A DNA stretch of 64,000 nucleotides from Thecamonas trahens ATCC 50062 (taxonomy: Eukaryota; Protista; Apusomonadida). Below, piece by piece: positions 21,558-35,200 of the stretch. Below the pieces are notes generated by a model that ran no database searches, had not been told where the DNA came from, and saw only the letters and a list, made by a program, of their open reading frames with translations. Location of the stretch: positions 110,492 to 174,491 of the forward strand of contig NW_013657668.1 of assembly GCF_000142905.1 (NCBI RefSeq). Direction: 5' to 3'. Both the position numbers and the translations under genes were made by a program. How positions within the stretch are numbered: position 1 is the first letter of the stretch; each line of letters starts with the position of its first letter.

Positions 21558-22315
21558 GTACGCCCCGCCCCGCCCCGCCCCGCCCCGCCCCGCCCCCTCC
21601 TCTTCCCCGCCATGGCGTCCCATGTCGCGGTTTGGCGCCAACCCCCTCCCCCCNNNNNNNNNNNNNNNNNNNNNNNNNNNNNNNNNNNNNNNNNNNNNNN
21701 NNNNNNNNNNNNNNNNNNNNNNNNNNNNNNNNNNNNNNNNNNNNNNNNNNNNNNNNNNNNNNNNNNNNNNNNNNNNNNNNNNNNNNNNNNNNNNNNNNNN
21801 NNNNNNNNNNNNNNNNNNNNNNNNNNNNNNNNNNNNNNNNNNNNNNNNNNNNNNNNNNNNNNNNNNNNNNNNNNNNNNNNNNNNNNNNNNNNNNNNNNNN
21901 NNNNNNNNNNNNNNNNNNNNNNNNNNNNNNNNNNNNNNNNNNNNNNNNNNNNNNNNNNNNNNNNNNNNNNNNNNNNNNNNNNNNNNNNNNNNNNNNNNNN
22001 NNNNNNNNNNNNNNNNNNNNNNNNNNNNNNNNNNNNNNNNNNNNNNNNNNNNNNNNNNNNNNNNNNNNNNNNNNNNNNNNNNNNNNNNNNNNNNNNNNNN
22101 NNNNNNNNNNNNNNNNNNNNNNNNNNNNNNNNNNNNNNNNNNNNNNNNNNNNNNNNNNNNNNNNGTAACCTTTCCCCCCTTTCCCCCCCTACCCTAACCC
22201 TTCCCCCTTCCCCCCCCTACCCCCCCCTACCCCTACCCCCTACCCCCTACCCCCCACCCCCCCCTCCCCCTCCCCCTCCCCCTCCCTCCCCTCCCCCCCC
22301 CCCCCACACACACAG

Positions 22316-23223
22316 GATGGATCGAATCCGTCAAGGTCAACAAGCCGGCCATCATCCGCCGGGCGCAGAGCCATGTCAAGCGGCGGTCTATCAAGAAGAA
22401 GGCCCAGCTGGCCTGGCTGCTCCGCGCGGTGGCCTGCACCGACATCACCACTCTGGCCGGTGACGACACCGACGAGAACGTCCGCCGTCTGTGCGCAAAG
22501 GCAAAGTCGCCCATCCGCCCTGACCTGCTCGCTGCCATCGGCATGGAGGGTCTGACCTGTGGTGCGGTGTGCGTGTACCCCTCGCGCGTGCCTGCCGCCG
22601 CCGCCGCCCTCGAGGGCACCGGCGTCGAGCTGGCGGCCGTGGCCACTGGCTTCCCCTGCGGCCAGACGCCCATGCACACCAATGTGCAGGAGATCGAGTA
22701 CGCCGTGGCGTGCGGCGCGACCGAGATCGACATTGTCGTGGCTCGTGAGCTCATCATTGCCGGTGAGTGGGCCGCCCTCTACGACCAGCTTGTCGAGTAC
22801 AAGAAGGCCTGCGGCTCGGCCCACATGAAGTCGATCCTGGCCATCGGTCAGCTCCCCGACTACCGCATGGTCTACAAGGCCTCGCTCATCGCCATGATGG
22901 CCGGATCTGACATGATCAAGACCTCCACCGGTACCGAGTCAATCAACGCCTCGCTCGAGGTCTCGCTCGTTATGGTCCGCGCCATCCGCGACTACTACGA
23001 GCAGACCGGCTACATGGTCGGCTTCAAGCCTGCCGGCGGCATCCGCTCCGCCAAGACTGCTCTCGGCTACCTCTCGCTTATGTACGAAGAGCTCGGCCAC
23101 CGCTGGACCAAGCCTGACCTCTTCCGCATCGGCGCCTCCTCGCTCATCATCGACGTCGAGCGCCAGATTGAGCACGGCCTCACCGGTGCCTACGCCGCCA
23201 AGCACTACATGCCCATGTCGTAG
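22316..23223 (+). CDS. DERA: Deoxyribose-phosphate aldolase (last exon; first exon in the gap)
   Basis: Exon follows a CACAG acceptor: WIESVKVN...AWLLRAVACTDITTLAGDDT, AVCVYP, VATGFP, GATEIDIV, IKTSTG, GFKPAGGIR, FRIGASSL. Confidence 0.95.
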
Positions 23224-23285
23224 AGCCTGCTGCTCTCCACCGCTCCACTCGTCGCACTGTCCTCGCCTTCCCTTAAACTCTTTGT

Positions 23286-26200
23286 TTACGTCGAGCTCTC
23301 GCCTCTGCCTCTGCCTCTCCCTCGGCCGCCACTTCCGCGTCCGCGTCCTCGCCCGCGCAGACTCCACCGGCGTGTCGCGTCGCGTGCCCCATCTGGCTTG
23401 GCTAGAGGCGCGGGTTTGGCCAGCGGCTTGGGTTTGACCAGCGGTTTGGGCTTGGGAAGCGGCTTGCGCGGCATCGTCTTGGGCTTGGGCTTTTCCATCG
23501 AGGTCGGGGCAGGGGTCGGGGCCGGGGCCGGGGCCGGAGCCGTAGTCGTGGCTGAAGACGATGTCGATGCGCCCGGCTCAGCTGCTTGACCTTGTGCCTT
23601 GACAAGCGGCTTGGACTTGGGCAGCGGCTTGGGCAGCGGCTTGGGCAGCGGCTTGCGCCGGACCGGTGCCACCGCCGGTTCCGCCGACTGCGCCGACGGC
23701 TGCGCCGACGGCTGCGCCGCCGATGGCTGTGCCGTCGCCACCGTCGCCGACGGCTGCGCCGGCACCACTGCCGGTGGCCGTGTCGGCGGCTGCGCAACCT
23801 CCTCTTCCGCTGACGGGCCCACATCTCCCGTCAATCCAGCCCGCCCTCCCAGCACGACCCGGTCCACAAACTCTCCCCATTCCATCCCGACCAGTGCCTT
23901 GAGCCCGTCGGCGATCGTGAGCCGCTCGCCGAACCCTCCGCCGGCTGCTGTCCGCACCACAAAGTGCCCGAGCTCGTTGACGACCCAAATCGAGCCCTCG
24001 GACCCTCCGGTACCTTCGTCATCCCACACGCACTCGGGCTCGCGCTGCGACGCCACAGTCATGACCCGCGGGACTGTGCGGAGCGCCTCCACCGGCGGCG
24101 GCTGCGGGCTAGTCGTCGCCACCATCCCGAGCACCGCGTAGTGCTCTGGGTCGCGAGCCTCGCCGCGCCACACGTAAAGGTGCTCGTCGCCCACACGCTG
24201 CCGCCACACCTCGCGGAACCGCACCACAGGCGGGAAGAGGAGCGCCACAACAGCTTTGAGCGTCTTGGAGCCAGAGACCAGGGACGCCTTGACGTCCTTG
24301 ACGAGCAGCCCGCCGCGCACCCCAAGTGCATCCTTCTTCGATGGCGCCCCAAAGTTGAGCGAGACGTGGTGCCCGAGCGGGATCCGCGCACTCCGCCCGG
24401 ACACCGCCATGTCGTCGTCGCCACGCCAGATCGAGACCAGCCGCCGTGCTCCGGTCCCCTTAGAGAGCCAAACTTGCCGGAAGCTGCTCACGCTTCGTGC
24501 GCTCACCCGGACATCATCGAACGCCGCACGCGGCACGAGGTCAGCCTCCAGCGCCTCGTCAGCCCCGTCGCCAAACCCAAGGTCCACAGGCTCAATCCGC
24601 GTTGCAAGCAGCTCGTCAAGCGTAAACGCGTTCGCCCACGCCGGACCGTCCTTTGCCGCAAACGTCTCCACAAACTCGGCAAAAGAGACCACGCCCGTCC
24701 CCTCCAAGTCCATTGTCGTCATCAGCGCACTCAGCTGGCTCATGTCGAGCTCAACGCCGAGCCACACCAGCCCGCCCACAAGCTCGGCCTTGGTCAGCAC
24801 AGAGTCGCCGTCCTGGTCAAAGACCCGAAACGCGTCAGAGACAAGGAGCCCGCGCGCACGCAGCGCACGCCGCACCGCAGACACACACGCACGGTGCACA
24901 AGAATGCGATACGCGTCGCGGAGGAAAAAGTACCGTCCCAGCGGCGTCGCCTCGCACGAGCCCTGCGCCCGTCGCTTGCACGATCGCACGCCCGTAAAGT
25001 ACTCGCGCCGCAGCGACACAGCATTGTCCGCTGTCATCCGCAGCAGCATCAGCAGCTCGCGCTCCGAAAACTCCACCTGCGCGTCGAAGAGTTTGAGACA
25101 CGCACGCGCAAGCTCAACCTGCTGCGACGCAACACCCTCTCCGCCACCGCCCACCACGAACCCATGCGACGCGTCGAGCACGTGCCGCCCCACATGGAGC
25201 CGCACCCCGATCCGCGAGCCAGCCACAAGCGGCGAGCCGCGCCGCAGGTGTAGCAGCCCGCGCACAGACTCGGCCTCCGCCAGCGAGAGCACAACAAAGT
25301 ACCGGCCACTTTCCACCCTGTAGAACGCGTGCTTGGTCATCGCCCGCTCCACCGCAGCCGCAGACACTCCGCCGAGCGCGCTCCGCATCACATCCAGCAC
25401 CCCGACCTCGTCGACCTCGCACAACTCAGCAGGCGCGAGATCCACGTCGTTGGCGCGCAGAAAGTCTGCCAGCCCGTCGTCGAGCCCGCTGCTCGCAAAC
25501 TCGCCGGCCTCACCCCAGAACAGCTGCAACGCAGACGCGAGATCTCCCAACTGCTCCTCGCTTAGCGCCACCGACCGCCCGCCGCCCGCATGCACCGCCG
25601 CCAGATCCGGCACCCATTCCATGACCACAATCACGTTCTTCACACGCCGGTACGACTTGAGCAGCGACCACTGCGGCCGGTACCAGTTGTTCGAGACCCA
25701 CAGGTCGCGCGGCCAGGCAAACGCCGGCAGCTTGCCGTCCGGCGTCTTGATCGAAAACTCACTCGCGTGGTACGCAAACTTGGCCCGGCTCGGATCCTCG
25801 GCCAGCTTGCCCACCGGCCACGCCCGCACGCTCTCGTCCTGCCGCGAGTACTCGCGCTTGGCGGGCGCCATCGCAACAGCAATAGCCTCTTGCTCGATCT
25901 CCATCTCCTGCTCTTGCTCTTGCTCCTGCTCTTGCTCCTGCTCTTGCTCCTGCTGCTGCACCATTTCGCCGCCAAAGCCGGCATCCATCTCGGCAGCCTC
26001 GACGTCGGCTGGTGCCTTGGCGCTACTCGCGCCCACAGACATTTCGTCCAGAATTTGCTGAGCAAGTCCCAGATCTTCCGGCCACTGCCCCAGAAACGCC
26101 GCGTGCTCTTCGAGTGCCTGCGCCGCCTTATCGCTTGGCCCAGACCCACTCGTCGAGCCCACAGCCTCGGATGCCGCCTCGGGCGCCACCAGTATGTTCG

Positions 26201-29200
26201 ACACTCCAAAGTCGACCCGCTCGCGGAAAACGTTGACGCACCGCCGCAGTGCCTCGTACGCGACTGTCCCTGCAGGCGCCGCCTCCCGCGCCATCCCCAC
26301 AAGCTCGCGGTACGCTCGCTTCCGCCACACATTGGCCACGTTCTGCTCGCGAAGCAGCGCATACTGCAGCTTCTCTGTCACCATCGAGTTGACAGAGAGC
26401 CATCCGGCCACCGCAGCCAGCGCTTCGCGCTTTTCGAGCTCTCCAAGCGGCTTGGCGCTCAGCCGCGGTACACGCTCCGCCGCGCTCAGCTCCTCTCGAA
26501 CAAGCTCGGCTACCTCGGGAATGACATACAGCACCAGCGTCTGCCCGGCCCCGATCCCGCGCATCCGGAACGCGCCCTGCGCATAGTCGCGGAACGTCAT
26601 GTCCTTGCCCAGCGTCAGCACTGCTCGCCCTGTGTACGCCTGCTTGATGTCCATGCCCGTCGTGTGGACCTGGTCGTAGAACGAGAACCGCGCCTCTTTG
26701 GGCAGTCCGCACTGTTCCAGTCGCATCACCTTGCCCGAGCCCCGCATCACAATCATCTTACGATCAAGCTCGTCGAGGAAGACCACGCCGCGGAACTTGG
26801 CTGCCAGTCCGGCCGCAAGCAGCGCTCGCGCAACCTCCTCGTTCGTTAGCCCTGTGATCAAGGCGCCAGTGTCAATGAGTGCACATGCCGGCGGCTCACT
26901 CTGCGCTACAGCACGGAGGATCGAGCTCGCACACCACCCGTTGTCAAGCATCTCCACGCTCACCACGCTCGGCTCCGTCAGCACCGCAAGCATCTTGCCG
27001 TCGTCGCCCTCCTGGTAGCGGCACCGCCCAAACTCGCGCGGTAGCAGGTCCGACGGCGTGCCCGAAAACCCGAGTCGTGTCGCAAATAGCAGCGAGCCAC
27101 CAAGCTCCTGCCCAGACGCCGTCAGTTTGAGCGGCTGGAACTCCATCGTCTTGGGGAACACATACTGCGAGAGGTACCAGTACGCCGCATGCGGCGACTT
27201 GCCCAACACGTCATAGAGCACTTCCAACTGCTCTTCATCGCTCGGGTCCACAAGCGCCAGCGGCCAAAGATCCTGCCACTCCTCCACAACATCTTCGCCG
27301 TTCGCTCCGAGGCGTGCTCGCTCGGCTTCGACATCCGCCCGCCGATGGAGCCCGCGAATCGAGCCGCCGCGCGCAAGCACCCACGACGCGTACAGCGTCC
27401 GCGCCTGCGACCGCGTAAACACCGCGCCCGCATCCGCGTCCGGCAGTCGGCCCTTTAGCCCGAGCATGACCCGCGCAAAGTCGCTCGCCCGCAGGCCCTC
27501 GTGCCGGTACGCCAGAATCGAGAGCCCAATGACCACGTCCGGGTGCGAAAACTCCGACGCCTCCGACGGAACGTCTTTCCCACAAACGGCACTGCAAGCA
27601 GCGCACGCGACCGTGGCATGTGCGGGAACCGCTCCATCGCCCGCGCAAGGTCGTTCGCAGAGAGTAGGCCGTACTTGACCCGGTTGATCTTGCGAAGGAC
27701 AAACGGCAGGAGTGAGACAAGCCACGTGTGGGTCAGGTTCAGCATCCGCACCTGGTTGTCCGACAGCTGCGCCTCCACCGCCCGCCCTTGGCTCGCCCCT
27801 AGCGACGCCGGTCCTTCCACAAGGTACTGCTCCAGCACACGCGTCCCGATGACATGCACCTGCTTGTCCGCCAGCCACACCATCGCCCACCGCGCAAACA
27901 GCGGCAGCAGCCGTGCCGCATACCACTTGGGATCAAGCAGGACAAGGTGCGGCACAAGTTGCAGCGCCTTGGCCTCGTGTCCGGCCGCAAACGCAGCACG
28001 CAAGTCATCGAGCACCGTCACCGCAATCGACGACTCGTCCACCCGAGTCACCATGCCCTCGTGCGTCTTGTAGAACAGCGCGTCAAGGAGGTGCATCGGA
28101 ATCGCCCACCGGTACCCATCATCCGTAAAGTCGAGCGGCTCCTTGACGCCCATCGGCCAATTGAGCTCGGACCGGAGCGGGTGCAGGAGGAGGTCGACTT
28201 CATCGAGGAGCAGCACGCCCTGGTGTAGCAGCGCAAGCACCTTGGTGCACACGTGTGCCTGCTCCCACAGCTGTGCCACAGCTGCAGCGTGCACCGACTC
28301 GATCCGCCCACGTGCAAGCCGCGCCTTCAGCCGTGCGTACATGTTCCGCTTCACCGCAGAGTCCTCCACCTTGCCACTCTCCAGCGCCTCGAGCTCGTGC
28401 ATCAGCTCCACATACTTGATCGCAAACGACTTGATCGCCGTCGGCGTCGCAATCACCACGGCCCGCGAGTACTTGGCCTGGACAAGCTTGTCGTACAGCG
28501 CAAGTTCCACCCGCGAACCGCGGTCGTACGTAAAGGTGTATACAGGCTTGAGAATGAGCTGCGAGAACCGCTCCCGCATCACAGACCGCGAAAACTCCAG
28601 CAGCGCCCCAGGCACAACCTGCGTCACAAGCTGCTGCCCGTCAGCAAGGAGCAGCGAGAGCAGCGGCGCCACAACCGTCGTCTTGCCTGCACCCATGATC
28701 ATTTGATGGCAGAGCGACGAATCGGATGCCACCGCACCCATAAACCGCGAGACAAGCTCGACTTGCGCCTTGCGGAGGAGAATGCCGGCCGAAAACTCAA
28801 AGACAAGGAACCGCGGATCGTACACAAGTCTCCAGCTCTGGCTGTCCTCGCGCACGTAGTGCCGCTCCGCAGCAAGCACAGATGCCAGCCCGCGCGCCTT
28901 GAGCACCAGCTCAACCTCCTCACTCTTCCCGGATTCGACAGTCGCAATGAGGTCGCCCGTCATCGACAGCGCTCGCGCAGCCTGCCCCACCCGGTTGACA
29001 ATGAGGAGGACCGCGACTGTGAGCGACTCAATCGCCGCCCGCGACTCCTCGTCCACAAACGGATTAAAGTCCTCTAGGTTGTCCATGCCACGCGGCGAGA
29101 GGAGCCATCCAACAAGTAGCTCGAACCAGACCTTGAGCCCCTGCCCGGCGTCCTGCAGCAGCTCAAACGCAAGCTCCTGCCGCGACGTCACCGACGCCAC

Positions 29201-32200
29201 CTCATTGGCAGCAGCCACCACGCGCTTGATCGCCGCCTCGGCGGCCGCAATGTCGGCGTCGTGGAGCGCGAGCAACTTGGCCTGCAATGCCCGGAGCTCC
29301 AAACATGCCGCCCGAGCGGCGTCGGCAGACCCACTTGCCACCGCCTTGGCCGCAGACGGCAGCAGCGCGTTCAGCTCGTGGATCTCGGCGTTGTTTTGCG
29401 CTTGCGCGTAGTACGCTGCGTCATCATTCAGCCGATCCAAAATCGCGCTGGCAATCGGGGAAACCGCCGCTGGATGTGAGCTGACGTCAAACGGCACCTT
29501 GCCAGCAATCGGCGCACTCACAGCTGGCACAGCCCGGACCAGACTCTCGAGCCCCAGCACGCTTAGCGGCGCAGAGGCAAACGCCTTGAGCCCGGCCTTG
29601 TCCAGCCCGACGTCTGTGTACGGCGACGCCAGCAGCTCGCGTTCGCCACACGATGTGTCGGTCGTCCGCGGCGCAGCCGCAGAGAGCTTGCGCAAGTCGG
29701 CAGGCGTCAGCGTCGCAAAGTGAATGATCATCGGCGGCGAGTACGACGCCGTCAGTGCCGGCGCCCGCATCCACACCGCTGTTCCGGCCTCAAACAGTGC
29801 CACCATATCCTTCGACACCGTCTCCACAAGCGTGAGACCTGCCGCGCCGCGCTTGAACAGCTTGCGCTTCTTCGAGTTGACCACGTCGAGGTACTTTGGT
29901 ACCCGAGAGTTTGCAATCTCGGGGTTCACTACCAGCACTCGCAAGATTGACATGAACCGCGAGGCCGAAAACAGGTCGTCGCGTGGGAGACACCGGACAA
30001 GCAGCTCGCCCAGCACGTGGCACGAGTCGAGCGGATCGATCCGGATCGGAAGTGCGCCGGTGAGCAGCTCGTACAGGAACAGGAAGCCGAGCTTCGACGA
30101 AAGACGCAGCAGGCCTTCCTCCAGCACCACATTGAGGAACTCGAGCGCGTACACACCGTGCACCTCGCCCGGGCGCGTGTAGTTGACCAGTGCGCGGTTC
30201 GAGAGATTGAGCTTGGAGCTCGGCTCGAGCACGCTCGTGTCCATATGTGTGTCAAACGGCACCGTCTCTGGCATCGCAGGATACTTGACCGCAATCATCT
30301 GCCGCGGCGTCTCCGCGGGCTGGAGAACCGAGAGCACAAACGCCTTCCGGTTGGCAAGCAACACGTCGACAGCCTCGCGTTCGGCCACAGTCATGCGCGC
30401 AAGCACCCGAGCGTCGCGCCGGGCCGCGAGGAACGCCTCATCCAGGCCGTGCTCTTCCAGCAGTTCGCGGAGCGCGTCGGCATCTTCTTCCTCCTCCTCA
30501 CCGCCACTCCCGCCACCACCACTGCCCCGGCCCTGCAGTGCCTCCAGCAGCGAGTCAAAGTCATCTGCGAAATCGCCCGCCACCTCGTCCGCCATCCGCA
30601 TCTGCTCCTCGGCGTGCTCGATGAGAAGCAACTCTTCCTCGAGCGTCAGCCGCGCCGACGCCGAGACAAGGCCTTGGTTCGCCACGTAGGCCACAAGCTC
30701 CGACACCACGCCCCATGGCGCGGCCATGTCTTTGTGCGATGCCCGCGTCACCATGTGGATCTTCAGCCGCGCAGCATGGGCGTCGGGGTGGCAGTCGGCC
30801 TTGCACAGTCGCAGCAGCTCGAAAATCGCCGCCTCCTCCTCGCTTAGCGGCGTGTCCGTCACGCATACGCCGGCCATTCGCACCACGGCTCCGTACTGCC
30901 GCGACAAGAACCGTAGGACAAGAAGGTAGAGCGACGACGCAAATGTCGGTGGAATGAGGTACGTTCGCGATGCGTGCACCCCGTACACGTAGTGCCGCGT
31001 CTCCACCGCGCTCGAGAGCCACCCTTCCGACTTGATTACCTTGACCATACCCGGGAACAGCGTCGTTGTCCCAACCGCCCCGTCGACTTCACCATCGTCG
31101 TCGCCGTCGTCCTCACCGTCAGCCTCTTCGCCGCGCCGCATCGGACGCGCCAGTGGCACCAAAATCGACAGATCTTCGTTGGTGTTCTGCAGGAGGACCG
31201 CATGCGAGAGCCCGCACACAAGCTCGGCAAGTTGTGGCGTCCGCACGTTCGACACATACAGCCCGGCGTGCTCGTTGCAAAACAGGACCCGCTCGCCGTT
31301 TGCCACACCAGCGCGGAAGCTCAGCCCTAGCCGGGGAAGCTCAACGTGGTCGATAGAAAGGCCCTCACTCGACCGCGACCACGCCAGGACGTGCGAAAAC
31401 GACTCCATCCGCACCAGCAGTTTGGCCAGCGCTGCATTGGGCGACGACTTGGGCGTCCGTAGCAAGTTGACGAGTGTCTCGGGCGTTGCCGAAAAGTCCG
31501 GCACGCTTCCGTTGACCACAACGCCGTCTTCACCGGCATCTTCGCCGCTCTGCGGCGCCGCCACCATAGGGAAGCGCTGGACGAGCGCAGACGCCACGTT
31601 GAAGCACGACGGCCCGGTGTCGAGTCGGGCACCCTTGTCATGCCGGATAGTGACGCAGATGACGTAGTTGGCTGCTGCCGCCGCTCCTGGTGCCGGTCCA
31701 TCGTCGCCGTCGCCGCTGTCTTCGATTTGCGACGTGTAGTGCGAGGAGAAGAACTGCGAGGCGACCCGCGTCTTGCGCGGCGGCTTGGGGTAGCCGATCA
31801 GTGACTCGTCTTCGTTCTGCCAGTAAAGGTAGTGGTCGAGCAGCGCTTCCGGCAGCAAGCCCTTGAGAAGGCGACTGGGCACGAAAGTCTGCGTCCCGAC
31901 CCGTGCATCGAGCGCCCGGGTCACCACCACCGACGCCCGCGGAGTAACCGGCTTGAGTGCGTCACCACCAGACGGCGGCAGCGTTCCCAGGCAGAGATCA
32001 GGCGACGAGCTCCACACCAGCGTCCGGTAGTACCGCCGGCCATACTCGACCACATCGTACACATGCACCACACTCGGGTACTTGTACACCACAACTTCCT
32101 TGAGCGTAGGCGGCGTGTAGTCTGGATCTGCAAACGGACTTGACCCGTCATCGTCATCGTCTGAGCCAAAGGCAATGTCTGACGAGCCCGAGCCCGAGCC

Positions 32201-35200
32201 CGAGCCTTCCCGAGTGTCGGTCATGGAGACCTCGTCAGTCTCGATCATCTCCCAGTCGTCGTCTCCATCGGCCTCGGCCTTGCCCTTACCCTTGCTCTTG
32301 CTCTTGCCGCCATCAGCTGCATCGTCGTTGTCGTCGTCGTCGTCGTCATCATCCGAAATCGCAGCCCGCCGCACTGTCGACAGCGTCACCGACGACTCGT
32401 CGTCGTCCTTGGCGTCGGCCTTGGCGCGGGAACGGGCGACCTTCCGTCGGCGCTTCTCCTTCTTCTTCTCTGCCTTGCGGCGAGTCTTCTCGCGCTTGGC
32501 AAATGCCTTGCGACGGGCCTTGAGCGCCTTGCGCTCGGCTGGCGTCATCAGCGCCTCGTCCTTGTGGCGCGGGACGTAGAGTGTAAACAGAACAGCGACG
32601 CCGTCGGCGAGTGCGACGCCTGAAAAGTTAAGGCTTCGCGCAACCTCACCAAAGACCTCAAAGCGGACAGGCTCAAAGATGTCGGCAACCCAGGCGAGGG
32701 CACCAGAGGTGCGGCGGCCGGCGTACGACTCGCAAGCAGCCGACGGAACAGCCATCGGCCGCGGGTCGCGCCGCCACACAAACACATCGTGTCGCTTGCC
32801 GACCAGCCGCAGCCAGTTGCGCTGACTGGTCCGCTCAACCTCGACCGATTGCATCCGATGCTCTCCGACCGCCTTGGCACCAAACACAGCCTCGATTTCG
32901 GCGCTGGCGCCGACGTCGTCAGGCAGCAACAGCATTTGCTGCTTCTTGAGGGTAAACTCGCCGAGCTGGACGTTGATCTCGGTAACCACCTCCTTGGTCG
33001 TGATCCGCCGCAGCCACTCGACGTAGCTCTCGGCAAATGGTGCCCGCAGCGGGTCGGATGCTGGCTCGGCAACTAGTGGCGCTGCAGAGTTGAGCGCGAG
33101 CTCTGAGACCTCGGTGTCGGGCACAAATCGCCCGTAGCACCCTGTCCGTGTCAGTGATGACCACGACCGCAGCGAGAGATTGGCCTCGACCATCTGCTTC
33201 TCCATCTCCAACAGCGAGCCCTTGAAGGTCATAACCCGGATGATGGTCTCCATGACCAGGTTGGCGGCGGCGCCGGCACCACTCAGCCACGCCACCACCT
33301 TGTTGCGATGCTTCTGGAAAAGGTCAAACATCTCCATCTGCGTGATCTGCAGCTCGCGGTTGAGAAACGCTTCTTTGTCGCGAAGTCCGGCGTTGCGCTT
33401 GTTCCGCTTGCTCCGCTTGACCCGCACCTTTTTCTTTCCAGACTTGCCCGTCTTGCCCGCCTTGTCGCTCTTGGCTCCACCCGAGCTGCTGCCACTGCTC
33501 GATGACTTGGCGTCGAGCGTCCAGCGGTAGTTGGCGTTAAGAAAGATCTGCGCCGAGAGGAGGGTGACGACAGCGGTGGCTCCGAGCTCCTCGCTCCGCA
33601 CGTTCTTGAAGATGTACGCCAGGTGGGCGTGGATGACCGCTGCCACCGCGACCCGCTGATCCTTGACCAGGGCGCGGACCCGCCACTCCTCGAGCACCTT
33701 GAACAGCTCGCCGCGTGTCTTGCTCCGCACCTCCTCGAGCACACGGGTGTAGCTTGCCAGCGACGTGCCGGCATCGAGGCTGAGGCCACGAACATGGGCC
33801 TGGGTCGCGGTTGCGGCCTCTGGCGCAACAGTGTTGGCGTCGAGGACAAACAGAACGTACTCCTCGATGCGCACAACAAGGCGAGTGATGTAGAGGATGA
33901 CCAGCGCATGCTTGGAGTCATAGCGCCCTGTGTTGAGCTCCAGCGCGAGCTCGACAAGCCGCAAAACAGCGGGAAAGAGGATGTGCGGTGCGCAGACAAG
34001 CTCATTGAAAAGGAGACCGACTGGCGTCCGGAGATGGTCGCGTGTCGGCGGCGGGATGACAGTAGGGGCCGTCCGGGGCATGATTGCCGACTCAAAGGTG
34101 CCCGGCTCAAAGCAAGCCGCGTCAAGAACGTCCTGTAGCTCGGGCGCAGCGAGGGCCTGGATGCGAGTCTCGTCCGCAAAGAACGCAAGCAGTAGCGGAA
34201 TCCGCATGTACGGTGCCGTCAGGTACTGCAGGAGCAGCTCGGACTCGTGCAGCGAGAGTCGAAGCCCAAACGTAGGCGGCTTCTTGAGATGCAGCACGTC
34301 GTCCTCGGTCTTGATCTTGCGGGCCAGCGACGACGAGTCCTCGAGCTGAGCGAGGACCGAGGGGTTGCCGGCTGATGGCGGCGCCCGCGGGACGAGGCCC
34401 GCAGCCACCCGTAGCTTGGATCCGACTGACGACGGCATCCACGATGAGATCTTCGAGAGTGCCCTGGCCTTGACGGTCGACGCGGCTACAGCCTCGGCAT
34501 GTGGCTCGAGAACGCGCCGGAAGCCATTGACTTTGAGGTAGCCGTCGGCTTCGTGGTACGACCAGGTGAGCGTGGCGTCAAAGATGTCCCATGCTCGGAC
34601 CTTGGGCAGCGCGCTCGACGACGGCACCATAAGCAGCTTGAAGAGGAAGACGATGTCCCTCAGCGCACCAAGCTCCGGATAGTGCACGAGGAGCTCGGGC
34701 GCTTGGCCGGTGAGGTAGTGCGGCGCGAGCTCGCGGGCGTATCCCATGTGGACTGCAATCTGGTCGATGAGGGCGGCTTCGCCGGCGCCAAACGCGTTCG
34801 AGGCGTTAAAGGCAAAGACCTCATGGCCGGGTGCGAGAAAATTCTCCCATGCCGTAAAGTAGTCGAGGACAGCGGTCCGCGTGGCTGCTGCTACCGGGTT
34901 GACAAACAGCATAGACTCGGACTCAATGCCAAAGTGGCCAATGGTGAAACCGTACGGGGTGATCGGGCCGGGCGCCGACCCCGAGTAGTGTGCGGCGAGC
35001 TGCGATGGTGCGTCCCAAGCCGTCCGCCGCATGACCGCGTCGGCGATGGCGGCCATGGCGCCGAGTGTCAAGATGCGCGTGGCGTCAAACGAGGCCGTGG
35101 CCCGCAGCGAGAGCGCAGCGACCGAAAAGTGCGATGCGAGGAGCGAGACAAGCTCAAGGAGCTCGTTCTGGGTCTCGCGCCGGATAGGAAGGACTCGCCA

